The position numbers and the translations under genes are program-made. Below the pieces are notes generated by a model. It searched no databases. It was not told the origin of the DNA and saw only the letters and a program-made list of their open reading frames with translations. A DNA stretch of 64,000 bases from Thermococcus sp. JdFR-02 (lineage in GTDB: Archaea > Methanobacteriota_B > Thermococci > Thermococcales > Thermococcaceae): NCBI GenBank assembly GCA_002009975.1, contig MTLP01000032.1, forward strand, positions 1 to 64,000, written 5' to 3'. Below are positions 1 through 9,785 of this stretch, one piece after another. Position 1 is the first letter of the stretch; each line of letters starts with the position of its first letter.

Positions 1-104
1 GAAGGGTTTCCGACCGCTTTAGCCTGCCGCTCCCAATTGCCCGAGGTTCTTGCCCCGAAGTAGGGGCTGGACATTTGACAGGCAGACCAACCTACGCACG
101 GTCC
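1..104 (-). ncRNA. GC-rich structured RNA or long 5' leader, truncated at the window edge
   Basis: About 61% GC (63/104 by hand count) against an AT-rich background. Nested stems GACCGU/GCGGUC and UGGUCUGCC/GGCAGGCUA have G-U pairs only on the minus strand. GCCCC-n6-GGGGC hairpin. TATA-like TTTAATTA at 133-126 on the minus strand. Confidence 0.5.
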
Positions 105-161
105 AAAAATTCTTCAAAAACCTTTTAATTAAAGCTGTTAACTTTTATTCGGTGGAGTTTT

Positions 162-1658
162 ATGAATATATTCACTCTTTTGCAAGAGCTACGAGAGAAA
201 GGACCTTTAACACCAGATGAAAGAGTCAAAAAATTTTTGAAAAAGTTACAATCACATAAAATTGGAGACTTCATTGAATTAGACGGCTTTTTATTATTAA
301 GCAAACCCCCAAATCCTCCCACTCATGGTGTTTATTATTTACTCTCTCCCCTTTCTCCTTCAGAGATTAAAGCATCAACTATAAAGACGTATGTGGTCTT
401 AAAATTTAAGGAAACAACTAAAATCGTTGGTAAGCTTGAAAGTGGCTCTTACGTAACAGTTTCTGGAATTTTAGAAGCTTATCCCTATGGAAACATGCGT
501 ATGATTATAGTTGATAAAATTGAAACTGAGAACTACCTCAAATACTGGACAGATTATAAAGAGTACTCCTTAAATAAGAGAGAAATTTCTGAAATGTTCT
601 CTAATACATTCTATTCAGATGCAGAGATAATAGATAGCTTAATTTACTCACTTTTCTCCTCTCCAAACATAGCAAATTTTGAATGGAATGGCAACTTCAT
701 TTTTGGGAGCTTAACCTTAGAACGAAGTGAAAAGGTCTTAAAATCTGTAATTGGAGCTTTCTCATATGTTTATCGTCTACTCCCAAAAGAATTTCGACTA
801 AGGGCTAAATGTGAAAAGTTCCCTTATATAGACGATGACATGGACATTGACTTTTTACTCACCTATCCAGAGAGCAGTTACAAAATATATGCTTCAACAA
901 GTAAAAGGTATTTAAATTCCGACATTCCCTTGCCCAAATGGACATTGAAACACTTCAAGAATAGAGATGCAATTTTCCTAATTCCAAAACCCTCAAAAAT
1001 TAGTCCAAAGGACTTTTTAGCATACTCATCAGAGACCCCTTGGATACTAAGAGAACCAATAGGTGTTGAGCAGAACAGGGAATTCGAACAATTATTTCCA
1101 AATCTGCTTGTTACAGTTTTAACATCTCAAATGAAGCTCGGAACTTTGCTTGAGCCTCCTCAAGAGTTTAGATACAGTTACATAAACTTCATTGAAAAAG
1201 CTCGTCAAGAACATGGCGAGATTATAGATGCTTTGCTTTCTAAAGGGATGCTCTTTGAGGTTAATAGACGCTATTTATTGACAGCAGACCTGTTCGGTGC
1301 AATGACAAGATTTGAAGGTAAAATGAAAAAATCCGCTATTAAAGAGTCTATTTGGTTGACAGAAGAAATTCTTGACAGATGGATAAATGAGCTAAGTGCT
1401 GAAGTCAAGTTAAAACTACTTAAGGAATATAGAGATTTCATGCCAAAAAGAGCAAGGAGAGCTGAGCAAGCATTAAAAATATTTGAAGATTTAGAGGCTA
1501 CATCACCAAAAGGAGAAGTATTGAAAGAAGAGTTTTATAATGCACTTGTAAAATTTGGCTTCTCAAGTAAGCAAAGCAGGGAGTTAATTGAAAGGCTGAA
1601 AGCTGAAGGCTTTCTATTAGAACCAAGGAAGGGAGTGCTAAAATTAATAAGGCTGTAA
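162..1658 (+). CDS. Hypothetical protein, probable catalytically inactive MCM-like protein (OB fold, degenerate AAA+, winged helix)
   Basis: 498 aa ORF with SD. OB-like GSYVTVSGIL, MCM-like C-terminal WH (ELIERLKAEGFLLEPRKG), no Walker A. Confidence 0.55.
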   Translation: MNIFTLLQELREKGPLTPDERVKKFLKKLQSHKIGDFIELDGFLLLSKPPNPPTHGVYYLLSPLSPSEIKASTIKTYVVLKFKETTKIVGKLESGSYVTVSGILEAYPYGNMRMIIVDKIETENYLKYWTDYKEYSLNKREISEMFSNTFYSDAEIIDSLIYSLFSSPNIANFEWNGNFIFGSLTLERSEKVLKSVIGAFSYVYRLLPKEFRLRAKCEKFPYIDDDMDIDFLLTYPESSYKIYASTSKRYLNSDIPLPKWTLKHFKNRDAIFLIPKPSKISPKDFLAYSSETPWILREPIGVEQNREFEQLFPNLLVTVLTSQMKLGTLLEPPQEFRYSYINFIEKARQEHGEIIDALLSKGMLFEVNRRYLLTADLFGAMTRFEGKMKKSAIKESIWLTEEILDRWINELSAEVKLKLLKEYRDFMPKRARRAEQALKIFEDLEATSPKGEVLKEEFYNALVKFGFSSKQSRELIERLKAEGFLLEPRKGVLKLIRL

Positions 1659-1681
1659 TGTAAATGAATTTTGGTGGTTAT

Positions 1682-3157
1682 ATGACAGTTTGGAGTAGAT
1701 TATATCGCTTTCCACCAAGATATGGTCCAGAATGGGGAAGTGGAGGGATCTTTGGGCTTAGATACCACAAAGACGTTTTATACTTCACAGTTGCCTTTGA
1801 GGGAGAAGCGCACTTTGTACGGGAAAACGATGAAAGAATCTACGAGTTCGAGCTTGTTGGTGAAAAACCAACTTCAGGCGGAGATACATATAATGCTGTT
1901 GATGTCGTTGATGAGTTCATATATTTTGGTGGTTGGGTTCATGCTCCAGCAATCTATAACGGCAAAGGCGAAAGCTCAACGATAAGCTTTGTTAACAAAT
2001 ATTCCCATATACACGAATATGATGTAGAAAACGATGAAATAAGGCTTGTTTGGAAAGATTCTATACATCATCTAACGGATTGGGCAGGTGAAGTTAGTGA
2101 CATAATCTATGATCCAGTTAATGACAGACTTTTAATTCCAAGAGAAGATGGGCATCAAAATCTGGGGATATATGCAATAGATAGAAAAACAGGAAAAGCT
2201 GAGCTTTTGAATCCTACGAGAAGCTTAAAAGGAACAATTTTGCATGACAATGCCTGTTTTGGAGTTGGACTTAACTTTGCCAATGGATTGGAGGGAATTC
2301 ACTGCTTGGATTTAGTGACTCAAAAATGGGAAAAGTTTCCTCTCGACAGCTCGATTGATGATAACTCTATCATGAGACCGATTTTAGGAGACATTGCAAG
2401 TGCGTACAACAGATTATTCGCCTTTGTTAGAGGAGGTCTCTTTGTTGGAAATCCTTTAAATGATGAAACAATGAAATTTGCGCGTCTATTTGAATTTTAC
2501 ACAGCGTATGGACCAATAAGAACAAATGCTTTATCAATTGGAGGAGGAGTTTTAATAGCCTACAACTCAATTCACGATGCATTCTACAAGCCAAGAACTG
2601 AGCAAGAGATAAAGCTTGCAAAATTCACAAACACAATAGTTGGTCCAAGTGTTCTGCTTTACATAACACCTCCAATGGCTAAAATTGTAGGAGCTTTTGG
2701 AGCTAGAATTACGAGCATAGAAAAAGTTGGAGGAAAGATTTTACTTGGAACTAACACAACCCCAAACACTGGGGCATTAGATGCGACCCCACATGATACA
2801 GGGAACAAAGATATCGTTGTCTTAGACGAGAAAATACTACAAGAGAAACCACCAGAAGTTAGCTTTTCCTTACCTTTAGCGTTCCCATCAATGGCAATGC
2901 AATTTGGCGCTGGAACTTTTGGAGGAATTCCTCTCGAAGGCTACAAAGAACCAAGATTAATAATCTATTCAAGTAAAGACAATGAGCTGACAATTTATGA
3001 GTATGACTTGAGTTTACCACTAATGCAAGCCTATCAAGATCGTCTTGATCTCAAGAAAGGAAGAAACGTTATCGATTTAAGCTCCTTTAGCGGAATTGTT
3101 TCCTTCAAACTTAAAGAACCAGAGTTCAACGGAAAAGCAAGAATCGAACTGAAGTGA
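1682..3157 (+). CDS. DUF2139 family conserved archaeal protein (beta-rich)
   Basis: YRFPPRYGPEWGSGGIFGL N-terminus typical of the family. GGTGG SD before the ATG at 1682. Confidence 0.7.
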   Translation: MTVWSRLYRFPPRYGPEWGSGGIFGLRYHKDVLYFTVAFEGEAHFVRENDERIYEFELVGEKPTSGGDTYNAVDVVDEFIYFGGWVHAPAIYNGKGESSTISFVNKYSHIHEYDVENDEIRLVWKDSIHHLTDWAGEVSDIIYDPVNDRLLIPREDGHQNLGIYAIDRKTGKAELLNPTRSLKGTILHDNACFGVGLNFANGLEGIHCLDLVTQKWEKFPLDSSIDDNSIMRPILGDIASAYNRLFAFVRGGLFVGNPLNDETMKFARLFEFYTAYGPIRTNALSIGGGVLIAYNSIHDAFYKPRTEQEIKLAKFTNTIVGPSVLLYITPPMAKIVGAFGARITSIEKVGGKILLGTNTTPNTGALDATPHDTGNKDIVVLDEKILQEKPPEVSFSLPLAFPSMAMQFGAGTFGGIPLEGYKEPRLIIYSSKDNELTIYEYDLSLPLMQAYQDRLDLKKGRNVIDLSSFSGIVSFKLKEPEFNGKARIELK

Positions 3158-3199
3158 TCTTTATAAGTTCCTCCTTTACAATTTCTTTAGGTGGTTTAA

Positions 3200-3673
3200 A
3201 TGAGGCTTTTAGTTCTCGATTTAGACGGAACTCTATGGAATCATGAAGATGCTTCCCAATTGGTTCCCCCTTATAAAGCTGAGGGAAATAAAGTTATTGA
3301 TGCTTATGAGAGAGAACTCGAGTTGTTTGAAGGGGTTAGAGAATTTTTAGAATGGGCAGAGAAAAAGTTCGTTCTTTCAATAGCGAGCTGGAATATGGAG
3401 GAAGTTGTAAAACCGATTTTAGAGATCTTAGATATCTGGAAGTACTTTAAGTTTCCAAAGATTGAGTATCATCCAAATAAAGCGAGTATGATTAAAAGAA
3501 CAGTTGAGCAACTTAGAAACATTGGTTATGAAATCGATGAAATAATTTACATTGATGATAGAACGCTCCATGTAGAAGAGGTAAAGAGAGAAATTCCAAA
3601 GATTAAATTCATCCATATGTGGGTTGATGTTAAAAGCTTTGAAGAATTAAAAAGAGTTTTGGAGGGTTTATGA
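3200..3673 (+). CDS. Magnesium-dependent phosphatase-1 (HAD IIIC)
   Basis: DLDGTLW motif I, ASWN, YIDDR motif IV. Confidence 0.85.
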   Translation: MRLLVLDLDGTLWNHEDASQLVPPYKAEGNKVIDAYERELELFEGVREFLEWAEKKFVLSIASWNMEEVVKPILEILDIWKYFKFPKIEYHPNKASMIKRTVEQLRNIGYEIDEIIYIDDRTLHVEEVKREIPKIKFIHMWVDVKSFEELKRVLEGL

Positions 3674-4239
3674 TGGAACTTTTGATTGTTAAAGACAAAC
3701 GAATTGACTATGATGGGAGTGCAATAAAAAGCCATTGGGCTTACAGAAACTTTGGAATATTGGGAAACTCGATAGTTGTTTTTAGGGGAAGGTGTGATGT
3801 TAAAGTAGAAGAGATGATTGATATCGAAGATTTAAGAGCAAACAAAGAGATAAAAAGTGACGACATGGTTCATTATATTATTGAGATTTTTGACTTTCCC
3901 AGCGTTCTTCTCGCTTCAGCACTTCAAAAGCTCTTTATAGCCAAGCTTTGTGAAGTTTTAGGCAATTATGACATAAAAACATTTAGAAAAGGTGATGACA
4001 TTTACGTTAATAATAAAAAGCTCAGCATTTCGATTGCTACTGTCTCTCCAGTTAGCATGAAGATTCATATTGGAATTAATGTCGAAGCAAAAGGAATTCC
4101 AGTCGATGTAAATGCAGTTGGATTAAAAGAGATTGGAATTAAAAACATTGAAAAATTTATGGAAGAAAGCGGGAATGCACTAAAGGCGGAATTTGAGAAG
4201 GTAAAGAAAGATTCTTTAAAGGTTAGATGGACAGAGTAA
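3670..4239 (+). CDS. DUF366 family protein (biotin/lipoate-ligase-like fold)
   Basis: YDGSAI, RKGDDIY and KLSISIAT motifs. ATGA overlap with the upstream gene. Confidence 0.8.
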   Translation: MMELLIVKDKRIDYDGSAIKSHWAYRNFGILGNSIVVFRGRCDVKVEEMIDIEDLRANKEIKSDDMVHYIIEIFDFPSVLLASALQKLFIAKLCEVLGNYDIKTFRKGDDIYVNNKKLSISIATVSPVSMKIHIGINVEAKGIPVDVNAVGLKEIGIKNIEKFMEESGNALKAEFEKVKKDSLKVRWTE

Positions 4240-4280
4240 ATCTTTTTACCTTTTTTTGATAAATTGTTTCTGGTGATAAT

Positions 4281-4457
4281 ATGCAAAGGCAAACTTTAAA
4301 ATGTCCTCTCTGTGGAGGGAGTGACTTTCAAGTCGAAGAAGGCAAGTTAGATAGCAAATGGGGTTTTACTGCACACAAAGTTAAGATAGTGATTTGTAGA
4401 AATTGTGGATATGTTATGATGTTTTACAAGGGAAGGACAATCTGGGACTTCGATTAA
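4281..4457 (+). CDS. Small zinc-ribbon protein (58 aa), absent from the ORF track
   Basis: GGTGAT SD. MQRQTLKCPLCGGSDF...VICRNCGYVMMFY...DFD carries two CxxC pairs. Confidence 0.85.
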   Translation: MQRQTLKCPLCGGSDFQVEEGKLDSKWGFTAHKVKIVICRNCGYVMMFYKGRTIWDFD

Positions 4458-4465
4458 AAAGAGAT

Positions 4466-5368
4466 CTAAGAACTAAAAACATTCCTGACACTCAAGAGAG
4501 CTGAATAAAAGTCATCTACTCTTACAACTATTTCCTGCTTTTCAATATTGCTTAAAGTTCCCCTTGACTTTCCAACAAGTTCACCATAAAGCCCGTTTAT
4601 CTTGATTTTAGGCGAGTCTGAAGTAAGCTTTAGGAATATTCTGCTTGGTTTCCCATTTTTCCAAGTTAAACCAATCCTAAGCCCTGCTTTTGTCTTTTTC
4701 TCTTTTCTTAGTCCAAGCTTTAAAAATCTCAAAATATCCTCTTTGATGCCATTTTCTTTAGCTTTCTGCCTAAAATACTCCTTTGCCAGCTTCAAAGAAC
4801 CAAGATTTAAATTATAACTCAAAACTGGAATTCCCAAGTCTCTATAAAATCTCCCTTTATACGCATAGATGGCAATTTCTTTCCCATTTTTCTTGTTCTC
4901 AGCTGCTATAGGTAACTCTAAGGATTTTTCGATGAATTTCTCAAGTTTTCTAGTCAAATCCTCAAAATGCTCAAAGTTTAGATAAAAGGTTACCCAGCTT
5001 CTCCAGAGTCGTGGAGGAACCGATGTAAAGATCAATCTCTCTAGATGATAAGTGGGAAGTGCAAATGCCAAGCTTAAATATTTGTCATTATAGACGCTCA
5101 TGTTCAAAAATGCTTCCTCCTTAGGTAAAATGCAGAAATCACCATCTTCTTCAAATTTATTAGCCAGTAATAATCTTTTCTTTTGAATTTTCATCTCTCT
5201 GTTGAAAGCACAGACAACAGGTATCGGAGTCTCTATTTTGCTTTCTTTGTCATAAGGAACTCTAAAACCTGCTTTCAAAAGCTCTTCTTGGATTTCTAAC
5301 GAAGCTGGAAAGAATATCTGAAGACTTTCTAATGGATAGCTTCCCAAAGTTTTTATATTTCCCTCCAT
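4466..5368 (-). CDS. Hypothetical protein
   Basis: About 300 aa ORF with normal composition and no motif recognised. Confidence 0.7.
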   Translation of the reverse strand: MEGNIKTLGSYPLESLQIFFPASLEIQEELLKAGFRVPYDKESKIETPIPVVCAFNREMKIQKKRLLLANKFEEDGDFCILPKEEAFLNMSVYNDKYLSLAFALPTYHLERLIFTSVPPRLWRSWVTFYLNFEHFEDLTRKLEKFIEKSLELPIAAENKKNGKEIAIYAYKGRFYRDLGIPVLSYNLNLGSLKLAKEYFRQKAKENGIKEDILRFLKLGLRKEKKTKAGLRIGLTWKNGKPSRIFLKLTSDSPKIKINGLYGELVGKSRGTLSNIEKQEIVVRVDDFYSALLSVRNVFSS

Positions 5369-5513
5369 ACTATCACTTCCCACTACTTACCATTGTTTAA
5401 ATTACAACTCAATAAGGTTAGATAATAAAAACTTTATAAAGTTTTCGATGAAAGTTCCCAAAGCTTAAAAACACTTTTGCTAATTTATTCTCAGCAAAGA
5501 AAAGGTGGTTAAA

Positions 5514-7091
5514 ATGCACTGGGCTGATTATGTTGCTGAAAAAATAATTAAAGAAAGAGGGGATAAAGAGGAATATGTTGTTGAAAGCGGTATTAGTCCG
5601 AGTGGATATGTGCATATAGGCAATTTTAGAGAGCTTTTCACAGCTTATATTGTTGGAAAAGCTTTGAGAGATAAAGGAAAGAAAGTCAGGCATATCCATA
5701 TGTGGGATGATTACGATTATTTTAGAAAGGTTCCCAAGAATATTCCAAAAGAGTGGGCTCAATATTTAAAAATCCCCCTTAGCGAAGTTCCTGATCCTTG
5801 GGGATGTCATAAAAGTTATGGGCACCACTTTATGGATCTTTTTGAAGAGGAAGTCGCTAAATTAGGCATTGAAGTTGAGTTTTTACACGCGGCAGAGCTC
5901 TATAAAAGTGGAGAATATGCCAATGAAGTAAGACTTGCTTTAGAAAGAAGGAATAAGATAATAGAGGTGTTGAACAAATACCGCGACATAGCAAAGCAAC
6001 CGCACTTAGAAGAAAGCTGGCAGCCAGTCCAAATCTATTGTCCAAAGTGCAGAAAAGAGGCAGAGTTCGTAGAATGGGATGGAGAATGGAGGATTAAATA
6101 TAAATGCCAAAATTGTGGAAGTGAAGATTGGACAGATATTAGAGATGGCAACGTTAAGCTTAGATGGAGAGTAGATTGGCCCATGCGTTGGGCACACTTT
6201 AATGTAGATTTTGAACCAGCTGGAAAAGATCACATGGCAGCTGGTAGCTCATGGGATACCGGGCAAGATATAATAAAAGAAGTCTTTGAAAAAGAGGGAC
6301 CAATCGGCTTAATGTATGAATTTGTTGGGATTAAAGGGCAAAAAGGAAAGATGAGCGGTTCAAAGGGCAACGTTATTTTACTGAGCGATCTCTATGAAGT
6401 TTTAGAGCCAGGGGTCATTCGCTTTATTTATGCAAAGCACAGAGCAAACAAAGAAATTAAAATAGACCTTGGTTTAGATTTACTCAACATCTATGACGAG
6501 TTTGATAAGGTTGAACGCATCTACTTTGGTGTTGAAAAGGTAAAGAATGAAGAGGAAGAACAAGAGCTTAAGAGAACTTATGAATTATCAATGCCAAAAG
6601 TTCCTGAAAAATTACCAGCTCAAGCACCATTTAGATTTTTAGCTGTATTAGTTCAAATGCCCCACATAGATGACGAAAAAATAATTGAGATTCTGCAAAG
6701 GCAAGGACATGTCCCAAAGGAGATTGATGAAAAAGATACTGCCAGAATTAAACTCAGAATCCAATTAGCCAAGAACTGGGTTAAAAAATATGCACCAGAG
6801 CAGGTTAAGTTTGCTATTCAAAAAGAGCTCCCCAAAATTGAGATTAGCGAACAAATAAAGGAAGCTTTGAGGGAATTGGCAGACTATATTGAAAGCAAAG
6901 AAGATATAGACGTCAATGAACTCAACTTCAACATCTATGAAGTTGCAAAGAAAAGAGGAATTCCAAGCAAAGAGTATTTCAAAATACTCTACAAGCTCTT
7001 CATTGGAAAAGAGAGGGGACCAAGAATGGCTGGATTTTTAGCTTCGCTTGATAAAGAGTTCGTTGTTAAAAGGCTTAGATTAGAGAGTTAG
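5514..7091 (+). CDS. lysS: Lysine--tRNA ligase, class I
   Basis: HWAD start, HIGN (HIGH) and KMSGS (KMSKS) motifs, two CxxC, GPR C-terminus. Confidence 0.97.
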   Translation: MHWADYVAEKIIKERGDKEEYVVESGISPSGYVHIGNFRELFTAYIVGKALRDKGKKVRHIHMWDDYDYFRKVPKNIPKEWAQYLKIPLSEVPDPWGCHKSYGHHFMDLFEEEVAKLGIEVEFLHAAELYKSGEYANEVRLALERRNKIIEVLNKYRDIAKQPHLEESWQPVQIYCPKCRKEAEFVEWDGEWRIKYKCQNCGSEDWTDIRDGNVKLRWRVDWPMRWAHFNVDFEPAGKDHMAAGSSWDTGQDIIKEVFEKEGPIGLMYEFVGIKGQKGKMSGSKGNVILLSDLYEVLEPGVIRFIYAKHRANKEIKIDLGLDLLNIYDEFDKVERIYFGVEKVKNEEEEQELKRTYELSMPKVPEKLPAQAPFRFLAVLVQMPHIDDEKIIEILQRQGHVPKEIDEKDTARIKLRIQLAKNWVKKYAPEQVKFAIQKELPKIEISEQIKEALRELADYIESKEDIDVNELNFNIYEVAKKRGIPSKEYFKILYKLFIGKERGPRMAGFLASLDKEFVVKRLRLES

Positions 7092-7104
7092 TTTTTCTTT
7101 TTTC
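7091..7104 (+). terminator. Oligo-T terminator after lysS
   Basis: GTTTTTCTTTTTTC directly after the stop codon. Confidence 0.5.
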
Positions 7105-7153
7105 ATCAACCTTTAAAAATGTCAAAGAGAATTATTTTTTGGTGGTGAAAACT

Positions 7154-7738
7154 ATGGAGTTCAATCTAATCATCACTGGCGTCGGTGGTCAAGGTGGATT
7201 AACCCTCTCAAGAATTATAGGAAATGCTGCGATGAAAGAGGGCTACAATGTTAGAATTGGAGAAACCCTTGGAATGAGCCAGAGATATGGGAGTGTTCTA
7301 TCTTATCTCCGTTTTGGTAATGAAGTTTATTCACCACTTATAGAAGAAGGCGAAGCTGACTTAATGCTCGCATTAGAACCTGCTGAAGCTTTAAGAAATG
7401 CACGCTTTTTGAGCAGTAAAAGCTATGTGATCGCAAACGCTTATCCAATTCACACAGCAACAACATTAGTTGGCAAAGAGAAGTATCCAGATTTAGAAGA
7501 AATTAAAAACGCTCTCTCCAAAATATGCCCAACAGATATGCTGAACTTCTATGAAGTAGCTGAAAAGATTAACCCAAGGACTTTAGGTGTTTTAATGCTC
7601 GGCTATGCTTACGGTAAAGGATTGATACCATTAAAAAAGGAATCAGTTGAAAAAGGGATTAAAGAAACTTTAAAGCCAAAATTGTGGGATATAAATCTGG
7701 AGGCATTTGAGGAGGGAATAAAGTTAGCAAAAATATAA
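7154..7738 (+). CDS. iorB: Indolepyruvate:ferredoxin oxidoreductase beta subunit
   Basis: GVGGQG, ETLGMSQRYGSV and ALEPAEALR motifs. Confidence 0.9.
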   Translation: MEFNLIITGVGGQGGLTLSRIIGNAAMKEGYNVRIGETLGMSQRYGSVLSYLRFGNEVYSPLIEEGEADLMLALEPAEALRNARFLSSKSYVIANAYPIHTATTLVGKEKYPDLEEIKNALSKICPTDMLNFYEVAEKINPRTLGVLMLGYAYGKGLIPLKKESVEKGIKETLKPKLWDINLEAFEEGIKLAKI

Positions 7739-7822
7739 AATTTTTAATCTCTCCTTTGATTGCACAAACTTTATATTCTCTTTGGAATATCTATAAATGT
7801 CTATATAGTCATGGTGATGTCT

Positions 7823-8737
7823 ATGGAGTTTAGGAAAATTCAATTTACCGGACGAAGCTCATACATAATTTCACTTCCAAAAAAGTGGATAGTTGAAAAT
7901 AACTTGAAGCAGGGAGACGTAGTGCCACTACTATTGAACCCTAATGGCTCAATAACAATCTTCCCAAAGAAACCTAAAGAGATAAGTGAAAGAAAGGAGT
8001 TGACAATAACAAGAGAAGTTTCTCCTGATATGGCAGTTAGATTGGTTATATCAGCATATATACAAGGGTACGACATTTTAGAGATACACTTTAAAGATGA
8101 GCTTCCCCAATACAAAGTAAAGATAAGGAAAGTAATTCAAAGCCTGCCAGGAATGGAGATTATACTAGATCAGCCAACGAGAATAGTTGCAAAGAGCCTT
8201 CTAGCGGATGAAGAAATAGACTTGTGGGAAATTCTCGAGAGAATTAATTCTATAGTAATCTCAATGCTCGAAGACTTAGAGCTAGTAAGACAAGTCGAAG
8301 ACAAAGCGTTAATAAAGGACATCTATGACCTTGAGAATGAGCTCGACAGATTTTATTTCCTAACAATAAGAGCAGTGAGTAAAATACTTTCCAATCCTTC
8401 TCTGGTCAGTGAAAGCGAGATCATAAAAAAGGATTTTGATTTAATGGGGACTCTCTTTATAGTACGCAATATAGAAAGGATCGGGGATCACCTTGTAAGG
8501 ATAGCAGAGAACTTTGACAACAAAATTGATACAAGATACATAAAGGAAATGTTTTCTGAGATAATAAAACAAATAACTACAAAAGACCTTAAGAAGATAG
8601 ACAAAATAATGCTGGAATTGTCTAAAAAAGCAAAACAAATAGATTATAGGGAGTCTCCAGCAATGGATAGCTATAGAAGAATCTTGGAGTATCTCGAGAA
8701 TATTGGCGAGACAATAATAAACATGGCTTTGAGTTAG
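7823..8737 (+). CDS. PhoU-family phosphate uptake regulator with N-terminal AbrB domain
   Basis: RKIQFTGRSSYIISLPKKW (AbrB). ENELDRFY and IERIGDH (PhoU). Confidence 0.9.
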   Translation: MEFRKIQFTGRSSYIISLPKKWIVENNLKQGDVVPLLLNPNGSITIFPKKPKEISERKELTITREVSPDMAVRLVISAYIQGYDILEIHFKDELPQYKVKIRKVIQSLPGMEIILDQPTRIVAKSLLADEEIDLWEILERINSIVISMLEDLELVRQVEDKALIKDIYDLENELDRFYFLTIRAVSKILSNPSLVSESEIIKKDFDLMGTLFIVRNIERIGDHLVRIAENFDNKIDTRYIKEMFSEIIKQITTKDLKKIDKIMLELSKKAKQIDYRESPAMDSYRRILEYLENIGETIINMALS

Positions 8738-8850
8738 AGGTCTGAATCAAGAAAAGATCAAATAAAGAGAGAAAGTACTTATAAAACATCTCTCTTCTCG
8801 CTTCCACAATATTTTTAACCTTTTGCATTCATTAAATAGTGGTGATCCCG

Positions 8851-9768
8851 ATGGTAGCGATTATCGTTCATGGAGGAGCTGGGACTATTAAAAAAGAGGA
8901 AAGAATCCCAAAGGTCTTGCAAGGAGTAAGAGAAGCCGTTTTGACAGGATGGAAAGAACTAAGAAGAGGTTCTGCTTTGGATGCTGTAGAAGAGGCAATA
9001 AAGGCTTTGGAAGATAATCCAATTTTTAATGCTGGAACTGGAAGTGTTTTAACTATTGACGGCAAGGTTGAAATGGATGCGGCAATAATGCGTAGTAACT
9101 TAAATGCAGGTGCTGTTGCAAGCATTTGGGGAGTGAAAAATCCAATAAGTGTTGCGAGAAAGGTTATGGAGAAGACTGATCATGTTTTATTAGCAGGTGA
9201 AGGGGCAGTGAGATTCGCTCGCCTAATGGGATTTGATGAATATGACCCAACAACCGAAGAAAGAGTAGAACAGTGGAAAGAACTCAGGGAAAAGCTCCTT
9301 AAAGAGGGGAATATAACACACTGGAAGAAAATCAGCAAACTAATTAAAGAATATCCAGAGGTTTTGAGAAGTACCGTTGGGGCAGTAGCTTTTGATGGCG
9401 AAGAAATTGTTGCTGGAACTTCGACAGGTGGAGTTTTTCTAAAGATGTTTGGTAGGGTTGGTGACACACCAATTATTGGGGGAGGAACTTATGCTAATGA
9501 GTTTGCTGGTGCTTCATGTACTGGCTTAGGAGAGGTTGCAATAAAATTAGCCTTAGCTAAAACCGCTGTTGATTTTGTTAGGCTAGGATTAAATGCACAA
9601 AAAGCAAGTGAAGCAGCAATAGAGCTAGCTACAAAGTATTTTGGAAATGACACTATGGGAATAATCATGGTTGATCGTGAGGGGAACATCGGTTTTGAAA
9701 AGAACACCAAACACATGAGCGTTGCATACATGAAAAAAGGAATGAAAAAGCCTTTTACAGGTATCTAA
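8851..9768 (+). CDS. Plant-type L-asparaginase / isoaspartyl peptidase (Ntn hydrolase)
   Basis: HGGAG, FNAGTG, STVGAVA nucleophile, TSTGG, GRVGDTP. Confidence 0.93.
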   Translation: MVAIIVHGGAGTIKKEERIPKVLQGVREAVLTGWKELRRGSALDAVEEAIKALEDNPIFNAGTGSVLTIDGKVEMDAAIMRSNLNAGAVASIWGVKNPISVARKVMEKTDHVLLAGEGAVRFARLMGFDEYDPTTEERVEQWKELREKLLKEGNITHWKKISKLIKEYPEVLRSTVGAVAFDGEEIVAGTSTGGVFLKMFGRVGDTPIIGGGTYANEFAGASCTGLGEVAIKLALAKTAVDFVRLGLNAQKASEAAIELATKYFGNDTMGIIMVDREGNIGFEKNTKHMSVAYMKKGMKKPFTGI

Positions 9769-9785
9769 CCCTACAGGGGAAAGAT

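Noticed and set aside
4466-5368. Possible restriction endonuclease
   Set aside because: No clear PD-(D/E)xK or HNH motif and no adjacent methyltransferase; left as hypothetical.
7154-7738. iorB without iorA as a broken operon
   Set aside because: Separated second iorA/iorB copies are known in Thermococcales, and the ORF is intact.
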